Position numbers and translations under genes: made by a program
Part shown: positions 16,750 to 26,731 of the stretch, one piece after another
How the letters are laid out: the number at the start of each line of letters is the position of its first letter
How positions within the stretch are numbered: position 1 is the stretch's first letter
Source: a bacterium
Lineage (GTDB): Bacteria; Zhuqueibacterota; QNDG01; JAFGCO01
Assembly (NCBI GenBank): GCA_016930535.1
Contig: JAFGGN010000117.1
Coordinates: 1 to 50,006, forward strand
DNA: 50,006 nucleotides
Direction: 5' to 3'
Notes under the pieces: model-generated
The model's input: the letters and a program-made list of their open reading frames with translations, nothing else
Database searches by the model: none
What the model was told of the DNA's origin: nothing

Positions 16750-18501
16750 TCATCGGACCATTTTGTAAATGGCATAGCTGCACGCCTTTACCCTGATATG
16801 ATATTGACCGTTGTCCGATTTCATCTTCACCTTTTTCCCTGCGATGAGCTCATGTTTTTTCATCACCGGACTGATCGTGAAAGACGCCTCGCTGTCACGG
16901 CCGCTCGGATTGAGAATCACGAGAACCGTTTCATCCTGATTGGCCCTTGCATAGACGAACGGATAGGTTTCGGGTTTTGCATAAACGGGTACGAACTCCG
17001 CATAGGCAGCCAGGGCTTTTTCCCGTTTTTTCAGCTGAATCAATCTGCGTACCCGGTTGAGCAGCGAATCCGGATCCTTTTCCTGATCTTCCACATTCGG
17101 GGCGTCGTCGGCCGTATCCACGGAAAGATACAACTGCTCCGGATCCGCTTCTGAAAATCCCCTGTTTTTTCCGGATGTCCACTGCATGGGCGTGCGTCCG
17201 CCGGCCCTGGGTTTGTAGGCACCTTCAACAAAGGGCAGTCCGTGAAGCTGGCGCATGCCGATCTCGTTGCCGTAAAAAATAAACGGAATGCCCGGCATGG
17301 TCAGCGAAAAGGCATAGATGATTTCAAGGTCATCTGTGGACCGTTCGATATTCAGACGGGACAGGTCATGGTTCCCGAGCGGAAGATTGATATAGCCTTT
17401 GCCCACGGTCTTCCCGTATTGATCCAGATAACTTTCAAGAAACCGGGTAATGTCTCCCTTGCCTTCCTTATCGAAATAGCTGTGCCCTTCCGAATACCCG
17501 TTTCCGATCCGCCAGCTCTCCTTCTGGAGAATATCGTTGTACCCCTGGAACCAGTGGAAAAAATCCGCATGAAAACCGCCGCCGTTCAGGGCCGATTCAG
17601 GATGTGACCATTCAGCCACCATGAACGAACCGGGATATTCCGTGTCCATAATATGCCGGATCTTGTTCCAGAAAATTTTCGTGCCATTGTCGCGTGTCAT
17701 GTAAAACTGGTCGTTGCCGGTAATGTTGGCATTTTTCACCAGTGCGCCGGCCATATCCGCCCTGAATCCGTCCGCACCCATATCCATCCAGAACCGGAGC
17801 ACGCGCTTCAGCTCCTCCTGCAGGGCCAGGACGTCCGGATGATCCACGGGAAGCATCCAGGATTCCTCACATTTGGTAAAACCGAAATTCAGGGCAGGCT
17901 GGCTCCAGTAAAAATTCCGCATGAACTGACCGTTCCGGCGGCTGTAGCCCTTGATAAACGCATCCCTGTACGCTTCCGGGGGATTGATCCACGTGTTGTC
18001 CGTCCAGATGTACCAGTTGGAGTATTTGTTCTTCTCCTGTTTTGCGGATTCCTGGAACCAGGGATGGTCGATACTTGAATAACTGATGACATAATCGAAC
18101 AGGATTTTCAGACCGCGTTTTTCAGCCTCGTCGAACATGCGCTTCGCATCGGCGTTGGTGCCGTACCGGGGCGCGGTCATGTAATAATCGGACACATCGT
18201 AGCCGGCATCGTGAAAAGGAGACTTGAAAAACGGATTGATCCAGAATCCGTCCACACCCAGGCTTTTCACGTAGTCCAGTTTCTGAATGATGCCTTCCAG
18301 ATCGCCGATGCCGTCCGCGTTTGTATCGTAGTATGTCTGGGGATATATCTGATAAAACACCGCATTGTGCAGATATTCCGGTCCGGGAGGCACGATGACC
18401 TTCCCGGTAATGGTTCCGGATTCGATATCCACCGGCTCCAGAGCGATAACCGGGTTGATTCCGAAAACCAGGATAAACGGCCATATTTTCCAAAGTTTCA
18501 T
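16750..18501 (-). CDS. Glycoside hydrolase family 13 (alpha-amylase / alpha-glucosidase-like), secreted
   Basis: Start MKLWKIWPFILVFGINPVIA with signal peptide. GH13 motifs DGFWINP, GLKILFDYV, GFRADMAG, FMVAEW, LGNHD. Confidence 0.9.
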   Translation of the reverse strand: MKLWKIWPFILVFGINPVIALEPVDIESGTITGKVIVPPGPEYLHNAVFYQIYPQTYYDTNADGIGDLEGIIQKLDYVKSLGVDGFWINPFFKSPFHDAGYDVSDYYMTAPRYGTNADAKRMFDEAEKRGLKILFDYVISYSSIDHPWFQESAKQEKNKYSNWYIWTDNTWINPPEAYRDAFIKGYSRRNGQFMRNFYWSQPALNFGFTKCEESWMLPVDHPDVLALQEELKRVLRFWMDMGADGFRADMAGALVKNANITGNDQFYMTRDNGTKIFWNKIRHIMDTEYPGSFMVAEWSHPESALNGGGFHADFFHWFQGYNDILQKESWRIGNGYSEGHSYFDKEGKGDITRFLESYLDQYGKTVGKGYINLPLGNHDLSRLNIERSTDDLEIIYAFSLTMPGIPFIFYGNEIGMRQLHGLPFVEGAYKPRAGGRTPMQWTSGKNRGFSEADPEQLYLSVDTADDAPNVEDQEKDPDSLLNRVRRLIQLKKREKALAAYAEFVPVYAKPETYPFVYARANQDETVLVILNPSGRDSEASFTISPVMKKHELIAGKKVKMKSDNGQYHIRVKACSYAIYKMVR

Positions 18502-18611
18502 ATTGACACCTCCGTCATCAAATTGCACAATCCGACAATACCGCTTCAAGTTAAATCCGGCAGGGTATGAGGATCAAGCGGTTTTTATGGTAATGAGGTT
18601 ACATAAAACGG

Positions 18612-19075
18612 AATATGGGTATATGGGTATATGGGTTTATGAGTATATGGGTATATGCGGCCCTGCCTCCCCCTTTCCTGTATTTTGACCGCGGACGGCG
18701 GACCGCAGACCGCGAAAACCAGTACAAGGGTAAACGCGTATATGAATATATGGGTCCCCGCTACCAATCCCCTAAAAAAGACCGCAGACCGCGGACAGCG
18801 GACCGCTGACCATGAATGCTTCGGAGAGACGGGGAAGATGAGAAACGGAGACTGAAACCCGGCCTCGCCTTTTTCTTCGTATCTCTGTTTCTCACCACTC
18901 CGTTTTATGGTCCGCTTGCGAGGGACGGGCAGGGCTGCCCGTCCTACATAAAATCTCTGCGCCTCTGCGTCTCCGCGGTTTTCTTATTTTTTTCTCCGTT
19001 TCCCCGTTTCTCTGAAGCTCCGTTTCACGTTCCGACTCTACGACCCTATTGACCCAATGACCCAAAAGACCCTAC
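18612..19075 (+). repeat. Mosaic repeat element R4 (long variant, ~460 bp) occupying the GH13 upstream region
   Basis: gtatatgg octamers, gaccgcR heptamers, the gggtccccgctaccaatcccctaaaaaa module, more heptamers, left arm gaatgcttcggagagacggggaagatgagaaacggaga, inner hairpin gacgggcagggctgcccgtc, the ctctgcgcctctgcg module, right arm ttctccgtttccccgtttctctgaagctccgtttcacgttccgactctacgaccc, and caatgaccc 9-mers. Confidence 0.85.
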
Positions 19076-19332
19076 TGTTTCGCGAAGCTCGTCTTTACGG
19101 ACACGGATTCCATCTGGCCCAGTTTCCCGGTCATGGCCCCGATTTCATCCGTGGTGCCGTCCACGATGAGGGCGATAATCGAAAGATGCCTTTCCCTGTA
19201 GGGCAAGCCGAGTCTTCCTAAAATGAGGGGGCCGTATTCATGAAGAATTTCGTTGAGTTTCTGATAAGCGGCATCCGGCTGATACACGATGATGCTTACC
19301 ACGCCGATCCGTCTGTCCTTTGATGGGTCCAT
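19072..19332 (-). CDS. Small ACT-fold protein, TM1266-like ('iron-only hydrogenase system regulator' family)
   Basis: 86 aa, IGVVSIIVYQPDAAYQKLNEILHEYGPLILGRLGLPYRER...IGAMTGKLGQMESVSVKT. Resemblance to the TM1266 family is from memory and of moderate certainty. Confidence 0.55.
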   Translation of the reverse strand: MDPSKDRRIGVVSIIVYQPDAAYQKLNEILHEYGPLILGRLGLPYRERHLSIIALIVDGTTDEIGAMTGKLGQMESVSVKTSFAKQ

Positions 19333-19386
19333 TTCCGTTCACTCCGATGCATCATGAATCCACTGGTCACGCCATGCCCGATGGTT

Positions 19387-22200
19387 CTAAAACTGTACGG
19401 TCATGCCTGCGCCGCTGTACTGAACGATCCGATCGGGATCGGGCTCGATATCCACTCCCGTACCGTGCCCCGGACGTACGAGAACGAGCCTGAACCGGCG
19501 GTTTTCCAGCATGCCGGGGAAGGCGCCCTCACGGTCCGAGATGTTCAGCCGCTTTCCCGCATCATCCCAGGTCAAATGAATGAGCACGTACGCGCCCCGT
19601 TCGTAATTGTAATTGTCGTTTTCGTCCTCATACAGCGTGAACTCACCGTCCGCACCGGGATAAATACGGATTTCGAGCGGATCCGCCGGCTTTTCCGCGG
19701 CATACTGAAGAAACGGGCCTGTCGGGACGATGGAACCGGACCGGATATAAACCGGGCAGATCTCGATGGGCGCATCCGCAGTGACGGTCCGTCCTCCCGG
19801 CTGTGTTTCACCGGTCCAGAAATCGGTCCACACCGGCCCGGAGGGCATATAAACGGACCGCGTCTTTGCCTTGTCGACTTCCTGTTTTTCTTTGGCGAAA
19901 ATGGAAGGCGTTTTCCAGAACATGCGCATGCGCGCGGCACCGGTGGAACGGTTCTCGACCTCGACCGTGATATCATACGCCTTTCCTGCTTCGAGATCCA
20001 CGATTTCGGTATACCGTTCCGTGCTCCGGTAAACCCAATCCAGCACGCGGCCGTTCAATTTGATCCGGTATTCGTCGAAACATTTGAAATGGAACTGATG
20101 GGGGCCCGTTTCTTCGGGAATCAACTGCCCCTCCCAGCGAATGGCATACGTGGAATCCGTGACGTAGTCCGGCCGCCCCGTATACCAGAAAATATCGATA
20201 TTCGGATCGGTCTGCGTCCTGCTCAGGGTCCGGTAATCCGCATCCTTGTAATAAGATGCCTCCAGCCCCGGTTCTCCTGAACCTGTTCTCAGAAATCCGG
20301 ATCCGACAAGCACACTGCTTTCAGGCGGATGATGGACCATGAATTCCGTGACCGGACAGACCATCAGGGCCGGACCGAACATGAACTGATCGTCGATGCC
20401 GTACGTGGCGGTATCGGCCGTAAAATCCATGGGCAGTCCGCGCATGATGGTATAACCGTCATGCGTAACCTGCCAGGCCAGGGAATATATATACGGCATC
20501 AGGCGGTACCGCAGGTGATCGAACCGGATCAGGGTTTCCGTAAATTCCCCCATCTCCCAGATTTCCCGCGGTGTTTCGGAACCATGAGACCGGAAAATGG
20601 GTGAAAACGTGCCCAGCTGAAACATGCGGGCGTACAGTTCCTGATACGCGGGATCCTTGCCGCCCTGCATGAACACGCCGCCGTAAGCGCCGATGACAAA
20701 GGCGCCGATGTCGAAAGTCCAGTAGGGGATACCGGCCATGCAATGGTTGATGCCCGCGGAGATCTGGGCCCTGTACACGTCCCAGCGGGCGCCGATATCA
20801 CCGGACCATGTGGTGGCCGCGTTGCGCTGCTGTCCCGCAAAGGTCGAACGCGTGAGTATGTAGGCCCGCCGCGCATCGGATTCCGAACGAAGGTTTTTAT
20901 ACAGCGCATCGGTCATCACGAGTGAAAACGCGTTCAGGTACCGGGCCCAGGATCCCAGATGATTCCGGCCCACTTTTTTCATTTCATATTCCGTGGCCGC
21001 CTTGGTCAGTGCATTGACCACATCCGGCTCCGTGGAATCGATCCACCACCCGTCGATGCCTTTCGAATAGAGCCCTTCCTTCAGATATTTCCAGTACAGC
21101 CGGTTGGCATCCGGATTGAAGGCATCGTAATACTTGAATCCCGCCCAGCCGACCGGATCATAGAGATAGCCATGCTTGAGCATGTCCCTGTAAATCGCCG
21201 TATTCGGTCCGAGTGCGGGCCAGATGGAGATCATCAGATGATAATTCATGTCATGGAGCCGGTCCACCATTTCTCCGGGACGCGGAAACAGGGTCTTGTC
21301 GAAAAACATGCCGCTCCAGTTAGGCGCGCCGTTCCAGTAATCCCAGTCCTGAATCATATTGTCGATGGGTATTTTCCTTCTGCGGTATTCCATGGCCACG
21401 TGCATCAGCTCGTCGCGCGTGTCGTAATGCTCCTTGCTCTGCCAGTATCCGTAGGCCCATTTGCCGTACATGGGCGCATGGCCCGTCAGATCCCGGTATC
21501 CCCGGATCACGCTGTCCATATTCACGCCCGTGATGCAGTAATAATCGATCTGATCCCCCACATCCGACCAAAGCGACATGCCTTCGGAACCGTCGCGGAA
21601 AACGGTTTTTCCCGTATTGTCCCATAAAATACCATAGCCGGCTGTCGAAATGAGAAACGGCGTGACAGCATCCGTATTGGACTGAACCAGGACCACCTCA
21701 TGATCCCGGTAATTCATGATGCCGTCCTGATGCTGACCCAATCCGTACAGGCCCTCTTCCGGTGTCAGTTCGAATGTCTGCTCGATATGAAAGGATTTTT
21801 CAAAAGGATACTCAACCGGTTCGAACCCGGGGGCACCTTTCTCCCTGAGCACGGTCCTGTCTCCATCGAGAAACCGGACGGAGCCGTCACGGGCCGACAC
21901 CCGCACCGACAGCGCCGGCGAGCTGATGACAACAGATCCACGGGCCGTTTTAACGTCCACCGGGACCGGAGGCAGAGAATCCTGAATTACGATCAGGCTT
22001 CTTTTTTCACCTGTACCGTCCGGGGGCCATTTCATCACATGAACGATGTTTTCCGCATGAAACCGGATGGATATGTTGAGGTTTCCTGTTTTGACGAGAG
22101 CACCGTTGCCGATGCGTTCGGCGACCATGTTTTCTTTTGCACAGTTCATGAACAGGATCGATGTCAGAAAAGCATAAAAACACATATTGCGGATGAACAT
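19387..22200 (-). CDS. Glycoside hydrolase family 31 (alpha-glucosidase/alpha-xylosidase-like) with inserted PA14-like domain
   Basis: 937 aa. GH31 catalytic region (GYWQSKEHY...KIPIDNMIQDWDYW...GIDGWWIDSTEPD). PA14-like segment (AIRWEGQLIPEETGPHQFHFKCFDEYRIKLNGRVL). N-terminal lipoprotein-like signal. Confidence 0.85.
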   Translation of the reverse strand: MFIRNMCFYAFLTSILFMNCAKENMVAERIGNGALVKTGNLNISIRFHAENIVHVMKWPPDGTGEKRSLIVIQDSLPPVPVDVKTARGSVVISSPALSVRVSARDGSVRFLDGDRTVLREKGAPGFEPVEYPFEKSFHIEQTFELTPEEGLYGLGQHQDGIMNYRDHEVVLVQSNTDAVTPFLISTAGYGILWDNTGKTVFRDGSEGMSLWSDVGDQIDYYCITGVNMDSVIRGYRDLTGHAPMYGKWAYGYWQSKEHYDTRDELMHVAMEYRRRKIPIDNMIQDWDYWNGAPNWSGMFFDKTLFPRPGEMVDRLHDMNYHLMISIWPALGPNTAIYRDMLKHGYLYDPVGWAGFKYYDAFNPDANRLYWKYLKEGLYSKGIDGWWIDSTEPDVVNALTKAATEYEMKKVGRNHLGSWARYLNAFSLVMTDALYKNLRSESDARRAYILTRSTFAGQQRNAATTWSGDIGARWDVYRAQISAGINHCMAGIPYWTFDIGAFVIGAYGGVFMQGGKDPAYQELYARMFQLGTFSPIFRSHGSETPREIWEMGEFTETLIRFDHLRYRLMPYIYSLAWQVTHDGYTIMRGLPMDFTADTATYGIDDQFMFGPALMVCPVTEFMVHHPPESSVLVGSGFLRTGSGEPGLEASYYKDADYRTLSRTQTDPNIDIFWYTGRPDYVTDSTYAIRWEGQLIPEETGPHQFHFKCFDEYRIKLNGRVLDWVYRSTERYTEIVDLEAGKAYDITVEVENRSTGAARMRMFWKTPSIFAKEKQEVDKAKTRSVYMPSGPVWTDFWTGETQPGGRTVTADAPIEICPVYIRSGSIVPTGPFLQYAAEKPADPLEIRIYPGADGEFTLYEDENDNYNYERGAYVLIHLTWDDAGKRLNISDREGAFPGMLENRRFRLVLVRPGHGTGVDIEPDPDRIVQYSGAGMTVQF

Positions 22201-22320
22201 GCATCCCCCGGATTTGGTTGATAAATGTCGCGTACGGACCTGCGTTCCGTTGCTGAGAAAATATACGAAAAATTCGAGGGGTTATAAAGCGTTTTATAAA
22301 CACGGCCACGTATTATCAGG

Positions 22321-23139
22321 TCAGAATTCGGCCATGATCCGTATTCCCAGCACGGATTTGACGATCTCGCTGATATCCTCTTCCATCGGAATCTGATAAA
22401 AAAGCCCGGGCCGGACCTGTCCCCGGCTCAGACTGACTCCGAACGTGACGACATTCATAAAACGGTCGCTGAAATCATCGATGTCTTCGGATATGATCAT
22501 GTTTCCGACGAATTCCACGGACAGGTCCACGGGCGATCCGTGCACCACGGCCGCGATGCCGTAATGCAGGAGAAATTCGACATCATTATCGTTCTGGTCC
22601 TTTGTGGGAATCCATACGATCGGACCGGCCTCGAAATTCAGGTCGAACTGTTTGTCCGAGGCCGCGGTTTTGGCAAAATTCAAATACAGTGTCATGATAT
22701 CCGGTGCGAACTGGTACAAATCAAAATAATCCGTCATCAACGCGAGCCATGAAGCGAGCCATTCATCGTCATCGATGGTGGGGATATAAAGACCGGCGGT
22801 CGTATAAATCCCGGTCGATCCCCTGTGCTGAAGTCCGAAAAACAGGTTGCCGATACCCTGTTCTGTATCCATGTCTTCCATTTTGAATGTGGCGAAAGGC
22901 AGGCCGCAGATCAATGAAACATCTTCACGAACGGGCGCAGAGACATTCAGATGGTAAACGCCTGACAGGACCGAGAGCCCCAGTTCGTCCACATCGAAAT
23001 TGGGACGAAGAAACCGCAGTCCGACAGTCGTTTTATCCCCCGTCCGGGGCTGCATCATGAGTGTCTGTGACATGAGCGGCAGAGCCACACATGCAACACA
23101 GAGTAAAATGCATTCGGCCTTGACGATTCCCTTTTTCAT
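22321..23139 (-). CDS. Hypothetical outer-membrane beta-barrel protein
   Basis: Signal peptide, alternating amphipathic strands, C-terminal aromatic residue (..RIMAEF). Confidence 0.6.
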   Translation of the reverse strand: MKKGIVKAECILLCVACVALPLMSQTLMMQPRTGDKTTVGLRFLRPNFDVDELGLSVLSGVYHLNVSAPVREDVSLICGLPFATFKMEDMDTEQGIGNLFFGLQHRGSTGIYTTAGLYIPTIDDDEWLASWLALMTDYFDLYQFAPDIMTLYLNFAKTAASDKQFDLNFEAGPIVWIPTKDQNDNDVEFLLHYGIAAVVHGSPVDLSVEFVGNMIISEDIDDFSDRFMNVVTFGVSLSRGQVRPGLFYQIPMEEDISEIVKSVLGIRIMAEF

Positions 23140-23263
23140 ATCATCCTCCCTCTTTTTGATTTGACGGGCCCGGAATGATCCGGTCCGTTACGGCCGCATC
23201 AGGACCGGGCCGGTTTTCTGACCTGTCGAATCGTTCAATCTCTTCCTGCTCCGGCATATCGCA

Positions 23264-24109
23264 TCAATACTCATGATCGATAAACGACATGTTGATCCGG
23301 AATTTCAAATGCCAGAACGGACCGAAAATATCATTGTCAAATCCCTGGTATGTATTGCCGCTCCATAAAATCACACCCGGCAGAATCTCCCCGCCCAACT
23401 GAAAATTCCGGGTCTGTATCAGATTGAGTCCGGCTCCCGCATACAACTCGAATCCCGACATATGATCGGAATTGATGACATCCCCGTCCGAATAAATGGT
23501 ATTCCTGTAAGTCCAGAACATATGATGGATGGCCAAACCCCCGATCAGGGTCTGCCCCACAAAGCCGTACTCCGGTGTCATCAAAGCCCTCACTTCACCG
23601 CCGATGGCCAGCAGGAGCACACCGTTTTTCAGCGACCTGTCGAGCCGGCTGGTCTGCTGAACCGGGGCCCACATGTATTCGACATAAACCAGTGCACGAT
23701 GTTTCAGAGACAGATTTTCACCGAAACCGATGAGCCCGTGATTGTATCCGTAAAAATCTTCGCCGCTCAGCAAACCGGTTCCGCCCATGATGCTCATGAC
23801 CCTGCCGAAACGGGGTTTCAGTGAATCCGGTCCGGCTGCGGACGATTCACCGGACGCCAGGGAAGAAACCGGCGTGCTCCCGTCCTCCTCATATACCGGT
23901 TCAATCCGTTCAATCGTTGTTTCAACCTCCCGCTCACCCTCATAGTTGTCGGAGGCCTTCTCCATGGCACCGCTTAATTTTCCCCTCCGTTTGACCGTGT
24001 GGGACTGCGAAGCGCATCCCGCCCACAGAAATGCAACACAGCATATCCCTGCCGCCGCAAAACGGATGATTGGCTTTCGTGTTTTCATCATCAATCCCTC
24101 CCTTATCAT
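23264..24109 (-). CDS. Hypothetical lipoprotein / outer-membrane protein
   Basis: Lipobox-like LWAGCAS after the signal peptide. Ser/Gly-rich linker, then a beta-rich C-terminal domain. Confidence 0.6.
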   Translation of the reverse strand: MIREGLMMKTRKPIIRFAAAGICCVAFLWAGCASQSHTVKRRGKLSGAMEKASDNYEGEREVETTIERIEPVYEEDGSTPVSSLASGESSAAGPDSLKPRFGRVMSIMGGTGLLSGEDFYGYNHGLIGFGENLSLKHRALVYVEYMWAPVQQTSRLDRSLKNGVLLLAIGGEVRALMTPEYGFVGQTLIGGLAIHHMFWTYRNTIYSDGDVINSDHMSGFELYAGAGLNLIQTRNFQLGGEILPGVILWSGNTYQGFDNDIFGPFWHLKFRINMSFIDHEY

Positions 24110-24155
24110 GTACTGATGAACACGGAATGCAAATTGTTGGCTGGTGACTGTTCCG

Positions 24156-26372
24156 TTACTTTTGCAGGATCATTTTCTTTATACGGACGGTACCGTTTAC
24201 ATCGATCCGGCAGATATAAATGCCGCTCGGAAAACCATCTGCGGCCCACCGGATTTGATGGATTCCCGGAGACTGATTTTCACGGACCGGAACATCGACC
24301 GTTTGCCCAGTCAGATTGAGCACATCGAGCGTCACAAATCCGGATTCCGTCAAAGTGTATCGTATCCACGTGGATGAATTGAAAGGATTGGGCGAATTCG
24401 GCATCATGACAAATGATCCGGGCGCTCTGCCCGGATTGCGAACGGCCTGGCCCGAACCGGTTTCCTTCAGAACGACATTGTCCAGAAAAAAATCACCGTC
24501 ACTGCCGCCGCAGTGAAATTCGAGCCGGCATTGATAATCATCCGGATCATGATACGGAAAAGTCATGGAAAAATGCTGCATATCAATCCTGAGCTGCTCC
24601 GTAAAAATCCTGTACGGTCCAACATGTGTTTCAATGATTCTGTTGCCCGAGGCTTTTGCATCGAATTCAAGCTGATAGCCCGCCCCCTGTTTCATTTTGA
24701 TATTGGGCTGCACCAGCCGGACGCTGCTCATTGCATAACCGCCGTTCTGAATATGAACATGTCCGACATTTTCCCCGTCCACGGACAATGCCCCCTGGGC
24801 ACCGGCATCCGTCACAAGTTCCCAGGCCTCTTCATTCTTCCCGAAATCACCGTTGTAAAGCATGTTCTCTCCCGGATCGACGAACCGGACCGGGACCTTT
24901 TTTAGATTGGACGGGTCGCTTTCTGTCTCCGACTGATCCACGGACGTCACCCTGAAATACCAGTCCGCGTTGTTGGCCGGCAGGTCCGCCGGCAGAAGAT
25001 AGGCGCAGGGCCGGTCCGTTGTCTTGATCAGGCGGACCGGATCGGGAAGCGTGTCTCCGAAAATGTGATACTGCATGATGCCGGATGCACCGAACTGATT
25101 GAATATGAGGTAAAGATGATCATAATAGGATTCGATGAGCAGGTACGGTGCCGAAGCCGCGCCGTCCCATTCGAACCGGAAGGAACGGTCCGAATTCGCA
25201 CCTGTTATTTCATAAACAATGTCGCCCTCTTCCGTCACTTCGGTCAGAAGCGGGGATCCTTCGCTTCCCCAGTTGATCAGTGTATGATTGTCGGACAGGC
25301 GCTGCGCATTGCCCTGTGAATAGGAATACCACATTTCGGGAGGATCATATGACCAGACTTTTTCAGCGGTCATGGCCGTTTCATCTATCCGGTACTCCAC
25401 CACCCGGCTGTACCGCGGGTCACGCAGATTCCCGTTGTCATAAACCGTATAATGCCCGGGTTTGCCCGGTACGGGTCTGGCACTGTGTTGAAACGAAAAG
25501 CGCAGAGGTTCGTTCACGAAGGTGAACTGATTGTACACGCCGCCGAACCGCCATATGATCTCCCCTGTGTCGTGATCGATTTTCAGCACTTCGCTGTACG
25601 GCCTGTTCGATATGATCAGCTGCCCGTCATAATCCAGTGAAATGGAATTGATATGCGAATACTCCAGATAATACTGGGTCAGATCGATATCCGTGGCGTC
25701 CGCAATGTTGTAATGGTCGCGGCAATGCCATTCGAAAACGATGTCTCTGTCCCCGTCGAGTTCGATCAGGCTGTTTTCCTGCCTGTAAGCATCGGATCGT
25801 CCGCCGGGCACGATGCCGCTCATGTCGATCGGCATATAACTGATGCCGATGAACAGCGTGTGCCCGTCGGGCAGTCTCAGGAAATCGTGGCCCCCGGTCT
25901 TGTAGCCATGCCCCACGGTCAGCGTGTCGAACGGCGTATAATGATCGTCCATCAGCACGAATTTCGCACTCGTGCAATATCCGTCACAGTAGGACAGGAT
26001 TCCGTCCGGATGCACCATCAGGTCGAATACGGGGTACACCAGCCTTCGGTAAAAAACAGGCGTGCCGTCATTATTCAGAATCATGATGTAATCGGATACC
26101 GTGGTGAAAATGAAGCCGGGCGCGGTTTCGCCGTCCTGCTGTATTTCAAACCGCGGAAAATTCCATGGCACCGGAACACCGCCGATCACGCGGGCTTCCT
26201 GCAGGGAACGGTCCGGATAAGGCGATGTGCAAACGGGCCCGGGACAGTTCAACCGGCAGGTATGGACCGCATCGTCAAATACCGGTACATCGGGCCCGGC
26301 ATGGAGCGGATGGCACAGTATGCCTGCTGAGACAAGAAGAAAGATAATGCGAAATTTACGGGTGTCAATCAT
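24156..26372 (-). CDS. Arylsulfotransferase (ASST)-like beta-propeller protein with Por/T9SS C-terminal sorting domain
   Basis: 738 aa with signal peptide. ASST-like propeller features (repeated SxN / YxxSHINSI-type blades). The C-terminal ~80 aa match a T9SS CTD (NSPNPFNSSTWIRYTL...GIYICRIDVNGTVRIKKMILQK). Confidence 0.7.
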   Translation of the reverse strand: MIDTRKFRIIFLLVSAGILCHPLHAGPDVPVFDDAVHTCRLNCPGPVCTSPYPDRSLQEARVIGGVPVPWNFPRFEIQQDGETAPGFIFTTVSDYIMILNNDGTPVFYRRLVYPVFDLMVHPDGILSYCDGYCTSAKFVLMDDHYTPFDTLTVGHGYKTGGHDFLRLPDGHTLFIGISYMPIDMSGIVPGGRSDAYRQENSLIELDGDRDIVFEWHCRDHYNIADATDIDLTQYYLEYSHINSISLDYDGQLIISNRPYSEVLKIDHDTGEIIWRFGGVYNQFTFVNEPLRFSFQHSARPVPGKPGHYTVYDNGNLRDPRYSRVVEYRIDETAMTAEKVWSYDPPEMWYSYSQGNAQRLSDNHTLINWGSEGSPLLTEVTEEGDIVYEITGANSDRSFRFEWDGAASAPYLLIESYYDHLYLIFNQFGASGIMQYHIFGDTLPDPVRLIKTTDRPCAYLLPADLPANNADWYFRVTSVDQSETESDPSNLKKVPVRFVDPGENMLYNGDFGKNEEAWELVTDAGAQGALSVDGENVGHVHIQNGGYAMSSVRLVQPNIKMKQGAGYQLEFDAKASGNRIIETHVGPYRIFTEQLRIDMQHFSMTFPYHDPDDYQCRLEFHCGGSDGDFFLDNVVLKETGSGQAVRNPGRAPGSFVMMPNSPNPFNSSTWIRYTLTESGFVTLDVLNLTGQTVDVPVRENQSPGIHQIRWAADGFPSGIYICRIDVNGTVRIKKMILQK

Positions 26373-26438
26373 TAAAACATATTCCTGACTGAATGATGTG
26401 ATTCCGGACGGACAATTTCTCCGGCCATGTTTATCGCT

Positions 26439-26660
26439 TTATGAACCGGTTTTTTTCCGTGAATAGTTTGCCCTGATCCAGTTCCAGTTGAGTATGAGAT
26501 GGATGACAGACAGCACAACAAGAACAACACCGCCGCCCTCATGCATGGTTTCAAAAACCTCTCGATCCAATGCGTCGTGCATCATGCCTGTCGCGGCCTG
26601 GTTCACGACCAGAATGCCGAGAACAGGATTCAGAATTTTGAGCCAGGTTCCCTTTCTCAT
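26439..26660 (-). CDS. Hypothetical small membrane protein (73 aa)
   Basis: Two hydrophobic helices. No family recognised. Confidence 0.4.
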   Translation of the reverse strand: MRKGTWLKILNPVLGILVVNQAATGMMHDALDREVFETMHEGGGVVLVVLSVIHLILNWNWIRANYSRKKTGS

Positions 26661-26681
26661 CGTTTGGTTCCTCCTGTGTAG

Positions 26682-26724
26682 TCAGACACCTCCGGGATGT
26701 CCCGGGGACCTCCCGGAGGTGTCT
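26682..26724. repeat. Palindromic element P1 (cagacacctccggga-N13-tcccggaggtgtctg)
   Basis: Perfect 15-bp inverted arms with a nested gtccc/gggac palindrome. Same motif as P2, P3 and P4. Confidence 0.8.
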
Positions 26725-26731
26725 GTTTTAG

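Noticed and set aside
18612-18660. Possible CRISPR array (regular short repeats gtatatgg, gaccgcr)
   Set aside because: The units are 7-9 bp tandem microsatellites without spacers. A CRISPR array needs repeats of about 24-48 bp separated by unique spacers, and there are no cas genes.
19354-21627. 308-aa and 222-aa plus-strand ORFs and the 134-aa minus ORF inside the GH31 gene
   Set aside because: Antisense or out of frame within a high-GC gene. No domains.
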